The position numbers and the translations under genes were made by a program. 64,000 bases of DNA, taken from positions 20,042 through 84,041 of the forward strand of contig CAYHXV010000001.1 in NCBI GenBank assembly GCA_964360855.1, given 5' to 3'. This document shows, one piece after another, positions 19,382 to 29,796 of the stretch. The notes under the pieces were generated by a model, which saw nothing but the letters and a program-made list of their open reading frames with translations, had not been told where the DNA came from and did not search any database. Within the stretch, counting starts at the first letter, position 1, and each line of letters starts with the position of its first letter. Origin of the DNA: an uncultured Candidatus Saccharibacteria bacterium (GTDB lineage: Bacteria; Patescibacteriota; Minisyncoccia; Phycocordibacterales; Phycocordibacteraceae).

Positions 19382-20632
19382 ATGATTCTCCATGTGGACG
19401 GGGATGCGTTCTTTGCCATGTGTGAGGTCTCACGCAGACCAGACTTACGTGGCCGGCCGGTGGTAACCGGAAGAGAACGCGGCATTGTCACCGCAGCAAC
19501 GTACGAAGCTAAGGCACTCGGTATTAGTCGCGCCACGCCAATACACGAAGTCCGGAGTCGCTTTCCGCAGGTAACCATACTCCCTTCGGACTATGAGCTC
19601 TATGCACTGGTCTCGAAACGCATGTATGCCATCACCCGCAGACACGCACCACTGGTTGAAGAATACGGAACGGACGAGTGCTTTGCTGATCTCTCTCACC
19701 TTGGCAATCCACTCGAATCTGCACGAACAATTAAAGAAGAACTCCAGAGTGAACTTAATATGACCTTCTCCCTCGGGATTGGTCCCACCAAGGTATTAGC
19801 GAAGCTCGCCTCCAAACATAAGAAGCCCGACGGGTTCTGGGTGATAACTCCGGAGAACCGTGAAGAGTGTCTGGCACAGACTCCGGTTCGCTTCGTGTGG
19901 GGACTTGGACCAAAGACCGCAAGCAGACTTGAGGGCATGGGGGTACTAACGGCGCTCGACTTCGTACGGCTTTCTAAGTCCTTCGTAGCTCGCGAATTCA
20001 ACGCACCAATTCTTGCACTCTGGGAAGAGTTAACCGGAAACAGCGTACTTCCGGTAGATTCTGCAAATGAAACCGATCAGAAGTCGGTGCAACGTACCCG
20101 CAGTTTCTACCCACCCACCACTGATCCCCAAAGGCTTTTCTCTGAGCTCTCCCAACATGTGGAGCATGGGTGCAGGAAGGTACGCAGACTGGGGATGGTT
20201 GCCACCGGTGCCAGTTTCTTCCTGAAGACCCAAGCATTTCGGTTCCATGGAGGAGCTATAAAACTCACGGTTGGTACTAGTAGCCCGGGAGACATCATTC
20301 CTCTCTTGCGCACTCAGTTTCTGAAGGTATATCAGAAAGATACCCTGTACCGCACCACCGGTATCACCCTGCATGGCCTAGTGCCTAGCGGGAACGCGCA
20401 GCAGGAGTTGTTTGATACGGAGCATAAAGTAGAGAAGAATGAACGACTCATGCTGGCGCTCGACGCACTTGAACACAAGTTTGGTGAACACACGCTCTAT
20501 TTGGGAACGAGCGCACGCAGCATCATGCGGGACCGGGCGCAACCCATTGCTTCGCAAATGCATACAGATGCACTCATACACACCAGCGAGGGTGCGAAGC
20601 GGTTTCCTATTCCGTATATGGGTACCGTTTGA
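19382..20632 (+). CDS. dinB: Y-family DNA polymerase IV
   Basis: HVDGDAFFA, TYEAK, YGTDE, KLASKHKKPDG; QQELF clamp-binding motif. Confidence 0.92.
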   Translation: MILHVDGDAFFAMCEVSRRPDLRGRPVVTGRERGIVTAATYEAKALGISRATPIHEVRSRFPQVTILPSDYELYALVSKRMYAITRRHAPLVEEYGTDECFADLSHLGNPLESARTIKEELQSELNMTFSLGIGPTKVLAKLASKHKKPDGFWVITPENREECLAQTPVRFVWGLGPKTASRLEGMGVLTALDFVRLSKSFVAREFNAPILALWEELTGNSVLPVDSANETDQKSVQRTRSFYPPTTDPQRLFSELSQHVEHGCRKVRRLGMVATGASFFLKTQAFRFHGGAIKLTVGTSSPGDIIPLLRTQFLKVYQKDTLYRTTGITLHGLVPSGNAQQELFDTEHKVEKNERLMLALDALEHKFGEHTLYLGTSARSIMRDRAQPIASQMHTDALIHTSEGAKRFPIPYMGTV

Positions 20633-20704
20633 GAACTAAGTTATTCGGTATTCTGGTAAATAAAGAATCGCGCCCACCAGGGACGCGACTGAGTTTGCTT
20701 GTAA

Positions 20705-21325
20705 CTAGTGATTGTGTTGCTCAATGTTAATCACATGGGGCTTCCGAGGGTCTGCGTCGGGCGCAAGCAGAAGCAGCTCGCAATTGCCGAAATGAAACAA
20801 GGTGAGCATCGCAGGCCACGAGATCCCGTAATAGGACGCGTAGAGCATCTTCCCGAAATCCCCATGGGTCACCAGAAGGACTGAACCTTCCTGAGGCGCT
20901 CTTTCCACAGTGTTCGAAAGAGCATCATGTGCGCGCTCGAGAAGCATGGGAAAGGTCTCGGCTCCTTCAGGAGAGAGGAAATAAGTGATTGTGTCGGTCT
21001 TAACCACTTCAGGTGCGCACAACCGCTCAATATCGCTCGCTGGTCTGCCTGTCATCACGCCAAAATCCCGTTCAATGAGCAAGTCCACTACGACGGGAAC
21101 GGGTAGCTCGAGCCGTTCGCATACAACCTGAGCAGTTGTATGCGCACGTGATAGTGGTGAGGAATACACAGCATCAAACGTGTACCCTTCCCGAACAATA
21201 CCGTCGGCAAGCTGATGAGCCTGTCGCAGCCCCTGCTCGGTCAACGGCCTGTCTCGATGTCCATTGAGAATGCCTTCAGCATTGTCTTCGTTCTGGCCGT
21301 GTCGTGCAAGATAGATCTTCAACAT
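20705..21325 (-). CDS. Histidine phosphatase family protein
   Basis: LARHGQ, SSPLSRA, LVTHG. Confidence 0.92.
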   Translation of the reverse strand: MLKIYLARHGQNEDNAEGILNGHRDRPLTEQGLRQAHQLADGIVREGYTFDAVYSSPLSRAHTTAQVVCERLELPVPVVVDLLIERDFGVMTGRPASDIERLCAPEVVKTDTITYFLSPEGAETFPMLLERAHDALSNTVERAPQEGSVLLVTHGDFGKMLYASYYGISWPAMLTLFHFGNCELLLLAPDADPRKPHVINIEQHNH

Positions 21326-21384
21326 TTTGTGCTCCTTACTGCGAATCTGGAGTTAGAATACCCTGAAAGGCGCAAATGTCTAGG

Positions 21385-21645
21385 CTATGGCAGTTCTATA
21401 TTCCTCATGCTTTCTTTCTCCCGATGAGATAGTTTTTTTATCGCGTGCTCCCGCACACTCGCCGCGCTTCTGTTTGCACACTGCTCGCTATATACCAAAA
21501 CAACCGGTCGCTTTGTTCGGGTGTACTTTGCACCTTTCGGGGACTCATTGTGCTCTTGAATTCGTCGAGAGATGTCTGTGGTGATACCGCTATACAGTGT
21601 TCCGTCCGCACACTCCACCATGTATACATGCCAGAGTGATTCCAT
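21385..21645 (-). CDS. GIY-YIG nuclease (YhbQ/UPF0213-like)
   Basis: [28 protein letters not shown]. Confidence 0.92.
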   Translation of the reverse strand: MESLWHVYMVECADGTLYSGITTDISRRIQEHNESPKGAKYTRTKRPVVLVYSEQCANRSAASVREHAIKKLSHREKESMRNIELP

Positions 21646-21650
21646 AGTCT

Positions 21651-23141
21651 CTATTTCTTTCCGAGATCGAGCACATCGTCTATGCGAATCTGCGAGACAA
21701 ACTCTGGCACGTGGGAGACCAGCACCATAGCGCCCTCGTATTGATGCAGGGCCTTTGCTATCACGGGCAAGTGTCTAAAGTTGATGTGGTTAGTTGGCTC
21801 GTCTAGTACCAAGAGGCCAGGACGCATCAGAACAAGCCGCGCGAACGCTACCAGTCCCTTCTGCCCTTCAGACAAGGAACCAATCTTCTTGTTCATGGAT
21901 TCCGCCGTGATAATGAAGCCGGCGGCAACTTTGCGCATTGCCTCCTCTTCTGGTTTATCCATAGCGGCAAGCAGCTCTTCACGTACCGTGCGCTCAAAAT
22001 CAAGCGTGGAGAAGTCCTGACGATAGTACCCAACACGAACTCCTTTGGCGATGGTGGCGCCTTCTGCGGTTCCGTTGGCAAGGTGCTCGAGTAGAGTGGT
22101 CTTTCCAATACCATTAGGACCCTTCAACTGCAGGTGCTGCTTTTTCTTAAGTACGATATCTGCCTTGTGCGGCACCGGCACATGCTTCTTTGCGTCCATG
22201 GTGGTGAAGGAAGTGATGGAGAGAAGCTCACCAATGATTTCCGGCTGTGCCGGAATAACAAAAGGACGAATAGTCTTATCTTCCTTGCGCACGTCCACCT
22301 TGTCTTCTTCCATTTCCTCGATTGCGGTACGCATCTTCTTTGCTACGTTGCGCATCTTGCCTCCCTTCTGCGCAAAGAAGTTTGCCTTGTCCTTGTTGTC
22401 CTGAATCTGCTTTTCAAGCTGAGCATTCTTTCGGTTCTCGCGCTCAATACGAGCAGAGATTTCTTTCAGGAGATCATAATAGTTACCCACATACTGCTCG
22501 ATCTTTCTGGTGTGCACATCAAGATAGAGCACACCTTCGGTGAATGAGTTCAGGAATTCTGCATCATGGGAAATAACCATCACACTCTTCTCATAGTTCT
22601 TGAGGAAGGTGGTGAGGTGTTCAATACCGGCAGTGTCCAGGTTGTTGGTTGGCTCATCTAGGAGAAGTAGGTCGGGGTCCTGAATGAGTGCAGAAGCCAA
22701 GAGCAGGCGCGCCTGCTGCCCTCCTGAGAAACTCTTAATGATGCGATCATGCGGAGCGTGTAGGTTCACCACATCCAGTACCGCATCAATCTTGGGGTCT
22801 ATGTCGTATACCTTTTCGGTGAATCGCTTTTCAAAGAAGGCTCGGACCGTGAGGTCTCGCTCATCAAGTGCAATTACCTGAGAGGAGAGCGCAATGGAGA
22901 GCCCGCGGGGAATCTGTATCTTTCCGCTCTCAGGTTTGAGCGTGCCCATGATGAGGCTAAAGAGTGTAGATTTGCCAGCTCCATTTTGTCCCATGAGGGT
23001 CACCTTCATACCCCGACGTAGGGTAAAGTTCACCGTCTCAACGATAGGGTGATTGTGACCGTATCCAAATGACACGTCCTCGAATCTGACCAAGGCCTCT
23101 TTGGGAGGCCCTCCTTGTTCTGTATTGGTTTTACTTGCCAC
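21651..23141 (-). CDS. ABC-F family ATPase
   Basis: Two ABC domains ([16 protein letters not shown], two DEPTN), no TM. Confidence 0.92.
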   Translation of the reverse strand: MASKTNTEQGGPPKEALVRFEDVSFGYGHNHPIVETVNFTLRRGMKVTLMGQNGAGKSTLFSLIMGTLKPESGKIQIPRGLSIALSSQVIALDERDLTVRAFFEKRFTEKVYDIDPKIDAVLDVVNLHAPHDRIIKSFSGGQQARLLLASALIQDPDLLLLDEPTNNLDTAGIEHLTTFLKNYEKSVMVISHDAEFLNSFTEGVLYLDVHTRKIEQYVGNYYDLLKEISARIERENRKNAQLEKQIQDNKDKANFFAQKGGKMRNVAKKMRTAIEEMEEDKVDVRKEDKTIRPFVIPAQPEIIGELLSITSFTTMDAKKHVPVPHKADIVLKKKQHLQLKGPNGIGKTTLLEHLANGTAEGATIAKGVRVGYYRQDFSTLDFERTVREELLAAMDKPEEEAMRKVAAGFIITAESMNKKIGSLSEGQKGLVAFARLVLMRPGLLVLDEPTNHINFRHLPVIAKALHQYEGAMVLVSHVPEFVSQIRIDDVLDLGKK

Positions 23142-23236
23142 GTTTCTGGTACTGTACCACGTTTTCGAGGGGTTGGTAAATATTACACAACCGTGCTATA
23201 TCTCTGTCCAGAGGTTGCAAGGAAAAGGAGTCTCGC

Positions 23237-23689
23237 ATGCGCCACGACGAATTGTATAAGCGGCTGTTGGAGATTCCTGAAGACCACTACGTCATGCACG
23301 GATCCCCGTATGAGTTGGAAATCATTGAGCCCCGTCGCACCGGACGCGATGATGTACCTGCCTACAACCACCTGGGCGTCTACGCAACTACTTGCATAGA
23401 AATTGCCCTGCTGTATGCGACCATCCACACAAAGCGAACCGAGTGGGGATTTGCACCACAAACAGCGGGCTCGACACTGGATGTCCGTGTGCCTCTGGGC
23501 TTCATCCACGGACCCGGTTTCGTGTATATCCTCCCGAAAGAGGGGTTTAGGAATCTCAGCCCCGCTGCCTTCGTATCACATAGACCTGTACGACCAGTAG
23601 AAGTCTTTCCGATAGACCGCGACGTTCTCTTCGAAATGATAGAGAACAGAACGGTGGAGGTCGGCATCTACGACCCGGCCCTCACCTAA
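23237..23689 (+). CDS. Hypothetical protein, possible ADP-ribosyltransferase fold
   Basis: AAGGAG RBS; MHGS..VYAT..ALLYA..VY..S.RPVRP pattern. Confidence 0.6.
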   Translation: MRHDELYKRLLEIPEDHYVMHGSPYELEIIEPRRTGRDDVPAYNHLGVYATTCIEIALLYATIHTKRTEWGFAPQTAGSTLDVRVPLGFIHGPGFVYILPKEGFRNLSPAAFVSHRPVRPVEVFPIDRDVLFEMIENRTVEVGIYDPALT

Positions 23690-23708
23690 TACGTGAGGGC
23701 CATTCGTT

Positions 23709-24956
23709 TTATGCGTTCTTGCCCGCCAAGTACCCTGTCGTCCAACACAACTGAAGCGAGTACCCGCCCGATGGTCTGCTGATATCAAGAAGGTCTCCCG
23801 TCACAAACAGGTTGCTAACCTTCTTCGAGCGCATCGTGCGCATGTCTACTTCCGTAAGAGACACTCCGCCATCTGCAACAACCGCTCTACTCATTCCCAT
23901 AAGACCCGAGACGGACACGGGTAAGGCCTTAAGAAGATCGATAAGTACTCTACGTTCTTCCTTCGTCACACTGTGCACTTTGGTGTCGGGACTAATAGCA
24001 GGCACCAGTGAAAGGAGAACTTCCACACTTCCTGGAGGAATAATCTGCGGCAGCGTGTTGCGCAACAACTTATTCTTGTTTGCATCAAACAGGGACACTA
24101 GCTCTGCATCAAGTATCCCAATGTCTTTGGTTGGAAACAGGTCTATGGTGGCGGTCACATTCCCTTCATACAGCAGGTCTGCCACATCTCCTGCGAGATT
24201 TAGAATCGTTGGCCCAGATAGTCCAAAGTGCGTAAGGAGAATATTCCCCTTCTTGGAGAACTTTCGTGCACCTTCCAGAAAGAAGGTGATCTTGGCATCC
24301 GTAAGCGTCTTCCCCTTTAGTTTCTTTATCCAGGAGTCTTTGCAGGCAAGCGGCACGATGGTTGGTGTGGGTGCCGTCACGGTATGCCCGAGCTCACTGA
24401 GCCAATCAAACCCGTCCCCGGTGGAGCCGGTCTCCGGATGCGATACCCCGCCAGTAGCAAATACGTATGAATGGGCAGAGAATTCAAATCCCTGCGCCAC
24501 CACTGAAGTTATGGCCCCGTTCTCTGTCTTGATCCGAGCAATTGCCGTACCGGTACGTATTTCCACCTTATTCTTGCGCAGGAACTGCTCGAGTGCAGCC
24601 ACCACACTTGGGGCATGCTCGGAAACAGGAAATGCACGCTTGCGCTGCTCCACCATAGTGGGCACACCTATGCGCTCAAAGAAAGCGGTTGCTTCTGCAA
24701 CTCCAAATTCACTGAACGCTGAGTATAGGAATGGCGCTGCTTCGCCATAGTTGGCCAGCAGTACATGCTCATCCTCCTCTGCGTTCAGAATATTGCACCG
24801 GCCGCCGCCCGATATCGCAAGCTTAGCGCCGAGATCTTCATTCTTTTCTATCAAGAGTACTCGCTTACCATTCTCGCTCGCTATGCCAGCGGCCATCATT
24901 CCTGCGGCGCCGCCACCCACAACAATAACGTCGTACGGGTGCTCACTCTTAGACAT
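23709..24956 (-). CDS. HI0933/BaiN/YhiN-family flavoprotein
   Basis: GGGAAG, ISGGGRCN, ATGG.S.P.TGSTGDG, THFGLSGP, GGYSLQ. Confidence 0.93.
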   Translation of the reverse strand: MSKSEHPYDVIVVGGGAAGMMAAGIASENGKRVLLIEKNEDLGAKLAISGGGRCNILNAEEDEHVLLANYGEAAPFLYSAFSEFGVAEATAFFERIGVPTMVEQRKRAFPVSEHAPSVVAALEQFLRKNKVEIRTGTAIARIKTENGAITSVVAQGFEFSAHSYVFATGGVSHPETGSTGDGFDWLSELGHTVTAPTPTIVPLACKDSWIKKLKGKTLTDAKITFFLEGARKFSKKGNILLTHFGLSGPTILNLAGDVADLLYEGNVTATIDLFPTKDIGILDAELVSLFDANKNKLLRNTLPQIIPPGSVEVLLSLVPAISPDTKVHSVTKEERRVLIDLLKALPVSVSGLMGMSRAVVADGGVSLTEVDMRTMRSKKVSNLFVTGDLLDISRPSGGYSLQLCWTTGYLAGKNA

Positions 24957-25830
24957 TGAAAGAAGGTTGCGCCACCAGGTTCTCCATACATTCTACCGAA
25001 CAACAGGTTCCCTCTTCTTTCTGGCAGTTCTCGCATGCAAGGAAGTGCAGGTGGCAAAAGTTGTTTGCACAGTTTACATATTTCTCGGTGGAGTCTCCAC
25101 ACAATTTGCAACGACCAATTACCTCGCGGTCTCCTCCGAAGTCCATGGTGAGGCGCTTATCAAAGGTATAGAGCGTCCCCAGGAAGTCCTTTCCTGGATA
25201 CTGCTCCATGTATGCATGCATGCCATTCTCTAGCTGGTATACGTCCGTGAACCCATTCTCCAAAAGAAAGGCAGACATCTTTTCACACCGCACGCCGCCC
25301 GTGCAGACGGTGAGCACCGTTTTATCCTTGAGTGCTTCAAGCTTTGGAAGCGCCTCGGGCAAGTCACGGGAGTTTTCCAGTCCTGGGTTAATTGAATCCT
25401 TAAAATGCCCCGACTGATATTCGTAATCGTTGCGCATGTCTACCACCACAAAGTCCTTGCCTTCTTCATACCAGCTTCGCAGTTCCTCTGGCTTCAGGTG
25501 CGGAGCGGTACGCACGCGCGGGTCTACATTCTTTGGAAATCGTGTACCTACAATTTCATCCCGTACCTTTACGTATAGTTTGCTGAACGACGTTCCCGTT
25601 CCTTCACTTCTCTTCACATTCATATCGGCGAGACGCGGATCGCGCAGCATCTCTAGGGCGAAAGCTTCAGTATCTTCTCTTGATCCCTCGAGGGTACCGT
25701 TAATTCCCTCTTCTGCCACGAGCACCCGCCCAAGCAGGTGATGCTTGGTGGCAAGCACGCGAAGACTATCCCGAAGCTGTGCGGGGTCCTCGATGGTTAC
25801 ATATTTATAGAAGAGTAATACTTGGGGCAT
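24949..25830 (-). CDS. trhO: Rhodanese-domain tRNA hydroxylase (TrhO/YceA, UPF0176)
   Basis: EGINGT, DMRNDYE..GHF, CTGGVRCEK, FDKR; Cys-rich C-terminus. Confidence 0.88.
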   Translation of the reverse strand: MPQVLLFYKYVTIEDPAQLRDSLRVLATKHHLLGRVLVAEEGINGTLEGSREDTEAFALEMLRDPRLADMNVKRSEGTGTSFSKLYVKVRDEIVGTRFPKNVDPRVRTAPHLKPEELRSWYEEGKDFVVVDMRNDYEYQSGHFKDSINPGLENSRDLPEALPKLEALKDKTVLTVCTGGVRCEKMSAFLLENGFTDVYQLENGMHAYMEQYPGKDFLGTLYTFDKRLTMDFGGDREVIGRCKLCGDSTEKYVNCANNFCHLHFLACENCQKEEGTCCSVECMENLVAQPSFNV

Positions 25831-25862
25831 CGATGGCAGTCTAGCAGGAATGGAGGAAATCG

Positions 25863-26396
25863 TCAGCCGGTGAGCGGGTACGCACCAACCTGCTTCCAGG
25901 TACTGGTGTCTCCCGGAGTGCTATACAAGTGCACGCTCTCCACTTCAAAGGAAGTGCCGTTCAAGTACTGCAGCGAGTCAATTGTCTGGAGTTTCTGATC
26001 CTGCGCATAGTTTCCATACAGCAGACTCAGATGTGGCAGGTACTGATTCTGCCGCATACCAAATAGTTCACCTGCCTGGCGATGTCTAAGCGAAATCTCT
26101 TCGGAATTACGCACTCTCATATACAGCGCTCTAAAGAATGAATCCTGGGCGCCGAAGCCTTCAAGGGTACAAGTGAAAGGCGTGAGCGTGCAGGCAAGTT
26201 CTTTAGTCTTTGCAATGAATTCCTCTTCACTACTCTCAGGAATCGCTGCAAGCAACGTGACATGCGGAACAAATACTGGCCCACCGTACTGAGCTGCAAG
26301 TGTGGCTATCACTGTGCTCAGGCGCTCGCGCGCCTCGCCCTTCGGTTCAAGAAGCAAATGATACCCCTCTGTCTTGTTGCTCGATGGGTCTATCAT
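25863..26396 (-). CDS. 2H phosphoesterase (cyclic phosphodiesterase-like)
   Basis: PHVTL and PHLSL HxT/S motifs. Confidence 0.85.
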   Translation of the reverse strand: MIDPSSNKTEGYHLLLEPKGEARERLSTVIATLAAQYGGPVFVPHVTLLAAIPESSEEEFIAKTKELACTLTPFTCTLEGFGAQDSFFRALYMRVRNSEEISLRHRQAGELFGMRQNQYLPHLSLLYGNYAQDQKLQTIDSLQYLNGTSFEVESVHLYSTPGDTSTWKQVGAYPLTG

Positions 26397-26397
26397 G

Positions 26398-26874
26398 TTA
26401 TTCCTGATCAAAGGCTTCCTGCAGTTTGGCAATGTCTATCTTGGTCATCTGCATCATTGCTTGCATGATGCGAGACGCTTGCGCAGGAGTTGCAGAGCTC
26501 ATGAGCTGCCCCATGACCGAGGGCACGATCTGCCACGATACTCCAAACCGGTCCTTCAGCCAGCCACACTGTTGCTTCTCTCCTCCACCCTCAGAAAGCT
26601 TTTCCCAAAACTCATCAACTTCTTCCTGTGTTTTGCAATCCACCACAAAAGAAATAGCAGGCGAAAAGCTAAACTGAGGGCCACCATTGAGAAGTAGGAA
26701 CTCCTGGCCATCAAGGATGATGGAACCAACAAGCATTGCGCCTTCTGGACCTGGAGCTCCTGCGGGGTTCCGTGTTGCACTCACTACCTTCGAATTCTTA
26801 AACACTGAAGTATAGAGATTCATGGCCTCCTCAGCCTGATCGTTGAACCAGAGGAAGGGGGTTATTTTTTGCAT
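26398..26874 (-). CDS. VOC/PhnB-like (3-demethylubiquinone-9 3-methyltransferase family) protein
   Basis: MQKITPFLWF, LNGGP, CGWLKDRFGVSWQIVP. Confidence 0.92.
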   Translation of the reverse strand: MQKITPFLWFNDQAEEAMNLYTSVFKNSKVVSATRNPAGAPGPEGAMLVGSIILDGQEFLLLNGGPQFSFSPAISFVVDCKTQEEVDEFWEKLSEGGGEKQQCGWLKDRFGVSWQIVPSVMGQLMSSATPAQASRIMQAMMQMTKIDIAKLQEAFDQE

Positions 26875-26883
26875 AGAGCTATA

Positions 26884-27873
26884 TTAACGCAGCGCCGTTC
26901 GTCGGTACACAACCGAAGACCAGTACGCAGCCAGTACAAACACGAGCCCAATAGTTCCGGTTATCACCTCCGGCACATGGAAGAGGAGGTCGGCAAACAT
27001 AGAAATAGCAAGACCGAATATTGCCCAGTGTGCGCCGTGCTCAAGATACACCAGACTATCCAGTGTCTTTCGTTCAACAAGATAAATGGTGAGGGAGCGC
27101 ACATACCAGGCTCCAATACCAAGACCGGCCACTATGATGGGAAGAGCAGTGGTGAGGGCAAAAGCTCCCACCACACTGTCGAGCGAAAAGGCAGAGTCCA
27201 GAATGTTTAAGTAGATGAAAAGCGCCAGACCACTCTTGGCAGCACTGCCCACTTCAAGTGAGAAGGAACTTGCCAGCCCCTGCATAACAATAAAAAGCAC
27301 CATACCAATGATCCCAGCAACAAGGACCGTGCCCTGCTCCACACCCGGTACCAGAAATGAGATAGCAGCCAGAGCAGCCAGAGCAAGACCAATCTCAATT
27401 GCCTCAATGCGCCCCCAGCGCGATAGATGCCGTTCAATTGACCGTATCCAGTGCACATTCTTGTTGTCGTCAAGGAAGTACTTCAAGGAGACCATGAGCA
27501 AGAACACGCCACCAAAGGCGTAGATGGCGTAACGAGCTCCCTCAAGCAGGTGTCCATACTCTTCTGGCGCAAATGCGGCGAGCTTTGCAACAGCTAAAGG
27601 AGACAAGAGCACACTGACAGACACAATCAGTACCGGAAGCACCAATCGAGTCCCAAGTACGGCAATGAGCATGCCCCAGGTGAGGAAGCGTCTTCGCCAT
27701 ACGGCACTCATGCCGGAGAGCACCCGCGCATTAACCACGGCATTATCAAAGGAGAGGGTGACCTCAAGAATAGTCAGGAGTACGGCGGTGACAAAGGCTG
27801 CCCAGCCAAAGCCAAGTCCGATACCTATGAGTATAAGAAAGGAGACGAGTGTGGGAACGAGGAAATATTTCAT
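26884..27873 (-). CDS. DUF475 / TerC-like membrane protein
   Basis: LEVTLSFDNAVVNA, FSLDSVVGAFA, YLEHGAHWAI. Confidence 0.9.
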   Translation of the reverse strand: MKYFLVPTLVSFLILIGIGLGFGWAAFVTAVLLTILEVTLSFDNAVVNARVLSGMSAVWRRRFLTWGMLIAVLGTRLVLPVLIVSVSVLLSPLAVAKLAAFAPEEYGHLLEGARYAIYAFGGVFLLMVSLKYFLDDNKNVHWIRSIERHLSRWGRIEAIEIGLALAALAAISFLVPGVEQGTVLVAGIIGMVLFIVMQGLASSFSLEVGSAAKSGLALFIYLNILDSAFSLDSVVGAFALTTALPIIVAGLGIGAWYVRSLTIYLVERKTLDSLVYLEHGAHWAIFGLAISMFADLLFHVPEVITGTIGLVFVLAAYWSSVVYRRTALR

Positions 27874-27888
27874 TCGTGCAGTGTATCA

Positions 27889-28899
27889 CTATCGAGAATG
27901 ATCCACCGTGTCACCATTAATGGTGCCCACAGCTTTGGCGAGTCGTTCATAGCGCTCACTCAACTCAAACCACTTATCCTTGGGCACAGCTGTTTTGCCA
28001 AGATTGCGTAGACCCGTAAGTATCTCTGGCAGTGCGGCTCTGACGCTTCTGCGTTCGAGGCTTGCAAGTGCTTCTGCTTCAGTATCGATGGAGAACAATT
28101 CATCAATATCAACTGAGCTTTCAACTCTATCAAACAGTTCTTTTAGGTATATAAAGACACCTTCACTCAAGGACATCTCAGGTTGATTCTTTGCATGTTC
28201 TGCTTGCTCCTCTTCGAAGAGAACGTGAATCCTTTCGAGATAGGTTTCGCAACTCTTTCGAGTTCCTTGATCTGCAATTTCAGTTATTGCTGCACGTAGC
28301 GCGGTCTCATCAAAAGACAGTTTGATTTGTCCTTGTTTTTCATAGGTGTATTCCCATGGCCTGAACTCCGGCAAATACTTAACGGCTCCGTCGGCATTTT
28401 TCGAGTAGTTGCTTTCCTTTGGTCTAAAGCCCAGAGGTAGACCTATGCGCGTAAGATCAGCTTCCACCGAGGGTATCTTTCCACCCATTTCATTGAACAT
28501 CTTGGTCTCTGCGCCGTAGGTGGCCCGACCAGCTGCGCGCTGTTTTTGAAATGCTTCCTGACCTTTTGTGTGTGCGACTCGCTCTCTATCAATGGTCTGC
28601 TGGAAATCAAGCGTTTCTCCGACCTGATAGACGTCAGGGACGCTCTGTGGGAGCAAGAGGTGCGCAATCTTGGTGAGATAATAGACACCCTTTAATTTGC
28701 GTGGACTGTCTCGATCAATACCGACGACTTCAGTATGTAAAGCAATAGCCTCGCCTTTCGGTCCCGGTATAATAACTGCCCCTTTCGACTCAAGTATCGA
28801 AACCACTTTCTCTTCATTCAGCGGATTGACATGTACCTCCTTAGTATTTGAGGCACCAATTGGTTTCTTCCCCTCACTATTGAATCGGTCCAGTCTCAT
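27889..28899 (-). CDS. Hypothetical protein
   Basis: 336 aa ORF with TATACT 7 nt upstream of ATG. Confidence 0.7.
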   Translation of the reverse strand: MRLDRFNSEGKKPIGASNTKEVHVNPLNEEKVVSILESKGAVIIPGPKGEAIALHTEVVGIDRDSPRKLKGVYYLTKIAHLLLPQSVPDVYQVGETLDFQQTIDRERVAHTKGQEAFQKQRAAGRATYGAETKMFNEMGGKIPSVEADLTRIGLPLGFRPKESNYSKNADGAVKYLPEFRPWEYTYEKQGQIKLSFDETALRAAITEIADQGTRKSCETYLERIHVLFEEEQAEHAKNQPEMSLSEGVFIYLKELFDRVESSVDIDELFSIDTEAEALASLERRSVRAALPEILTGLRNLGKTAVPKDKWFELSERYERLAKAVGTINGDTVDHSR

Positions 28900-28988
28900 A
28901 CTGCTCAGTATAGCAACAGGAGGAACTTGAATGGAAACTCCTCTCTAAGGTAGGCAGTTATACCAACCGGACAAGAGGGAGAAATGTC

Positions 28989-29513
28989 ATGAAAACCGTC
29001 ATACGCCGGGCAACGCAAGAAGATGTTGCGCATATTGGCGCCATAAACAGCGCAGTCTTCCTCGGAGACAGAAAAGAGGGAGAGGGCGCCGTCTCCTGGG
29101 TGCAGTGTTGGTTCAACGCATTCCCCCTCTATCAGTACTTTGTTGTTGAAGAGGCGGGAGTGATCGTTGGCTACGCGGGCTGGCAACTGCATGGTGGGTT
29201 CCATCGCGCAGAGCCCGTCATTGAACTCGATCAGATCGGTGTGCTTCCCGCCAACCAAGGGAAAGGACTAGCTCCCAAACTCATTCAGCACTGTATGCAG
29301 GAGTTGCTTGAATGGGCCAAGGAGCACAACGATCGCATCGAGAGCCACCTCACCTTCGTGGTGTGGGCATACGCACTCAACTTCAATGCGGTGAGCGTGT
29401 ACGCCAAGTACTTTACCGATGGAGTGAGTGGTCTGCGCACTCAGTTTGGTGCCAGAGCTGAGAACATGCTCCGGGTGCGCATTCCTATCGTGCGGCCGGT
29501 CCGAGAGGAGTAG
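28989..29513 (+). CDS. GNAT N-acetyltransferase
   Basis: IGVLPANQGKGLA acetyl-CoA-binding motif. Confidence 0.85.
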   Translation: MKTVIRRATQEDVAHIGAINSAVFLGDRKEGEGAVSWVQCWFNAFPLYQYFVVEEAGVIVGYAGWQLHGGFHRAEPVIELDQIGVLPANQGKGLAPKLIQHCMQELLEWAKEHNDRIESHLTFVVWAYALNFNAVSVYAKYFTDGVSGLRTQFGARAENMLRVRIPIVRPVREE

Positions 29514-29515
29514 CT

Positions 29516-29545
29516 AGTGCCCCGAGTGTAAAAGCTCGGGGCACT
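29516..29545. terminator. Hairpin between convergent genes
   Basis: AGTGCCCCGAG/CTCGGGGCACT inverted repeat. Confidence 0.7.
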
Positions 29546-29550
29546 CTCAC

Positions 29551-29796
29551 TTAACGATGAGAGCAGCCCTCCCAACAGCAGGGTCTGCGCATTCCACCCT
29601 TAAGCTTAGACAGTGCTTTTTCAATACGGATAGCCCTCGTTTCCGCTTTCTTTCCAGAAGTAACCCAACAAATCCACTCGTTGCGCGCGAGAGGGGTGAT
29701 ATCTTGCCACAGTGTCAGTGCCGCAGAGGAGTCAGTTAGAGCCTTTCGTAAGTCCTCAGGCAGTTTGTGTACCGTGCCAGAGGCAAGTCCTTTCAT
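29551..29796 (-). CDS. YdeI/OmpD-associated family protein
   Basis: LPEDLRKAL..ITPLARNEWICWV..KKAETR..RI. Confidence 0.85.
   Translation of the reverse strand: MKGLASGTVHKLPEDLRKALTDSSAALTLWQDITPLARNEWICWVTSGKKAETRAIRIEKALSKLKGGMRRPCCWEGCSHR

Noticed and set aside
23812-25233. Long + strand ORFs (312 and 160 aa), and similar ones opposite clpB and infB
   Set aside because: Antisense shadows of well-supported genes, with Ser/Arg-rich non-protein-like composition
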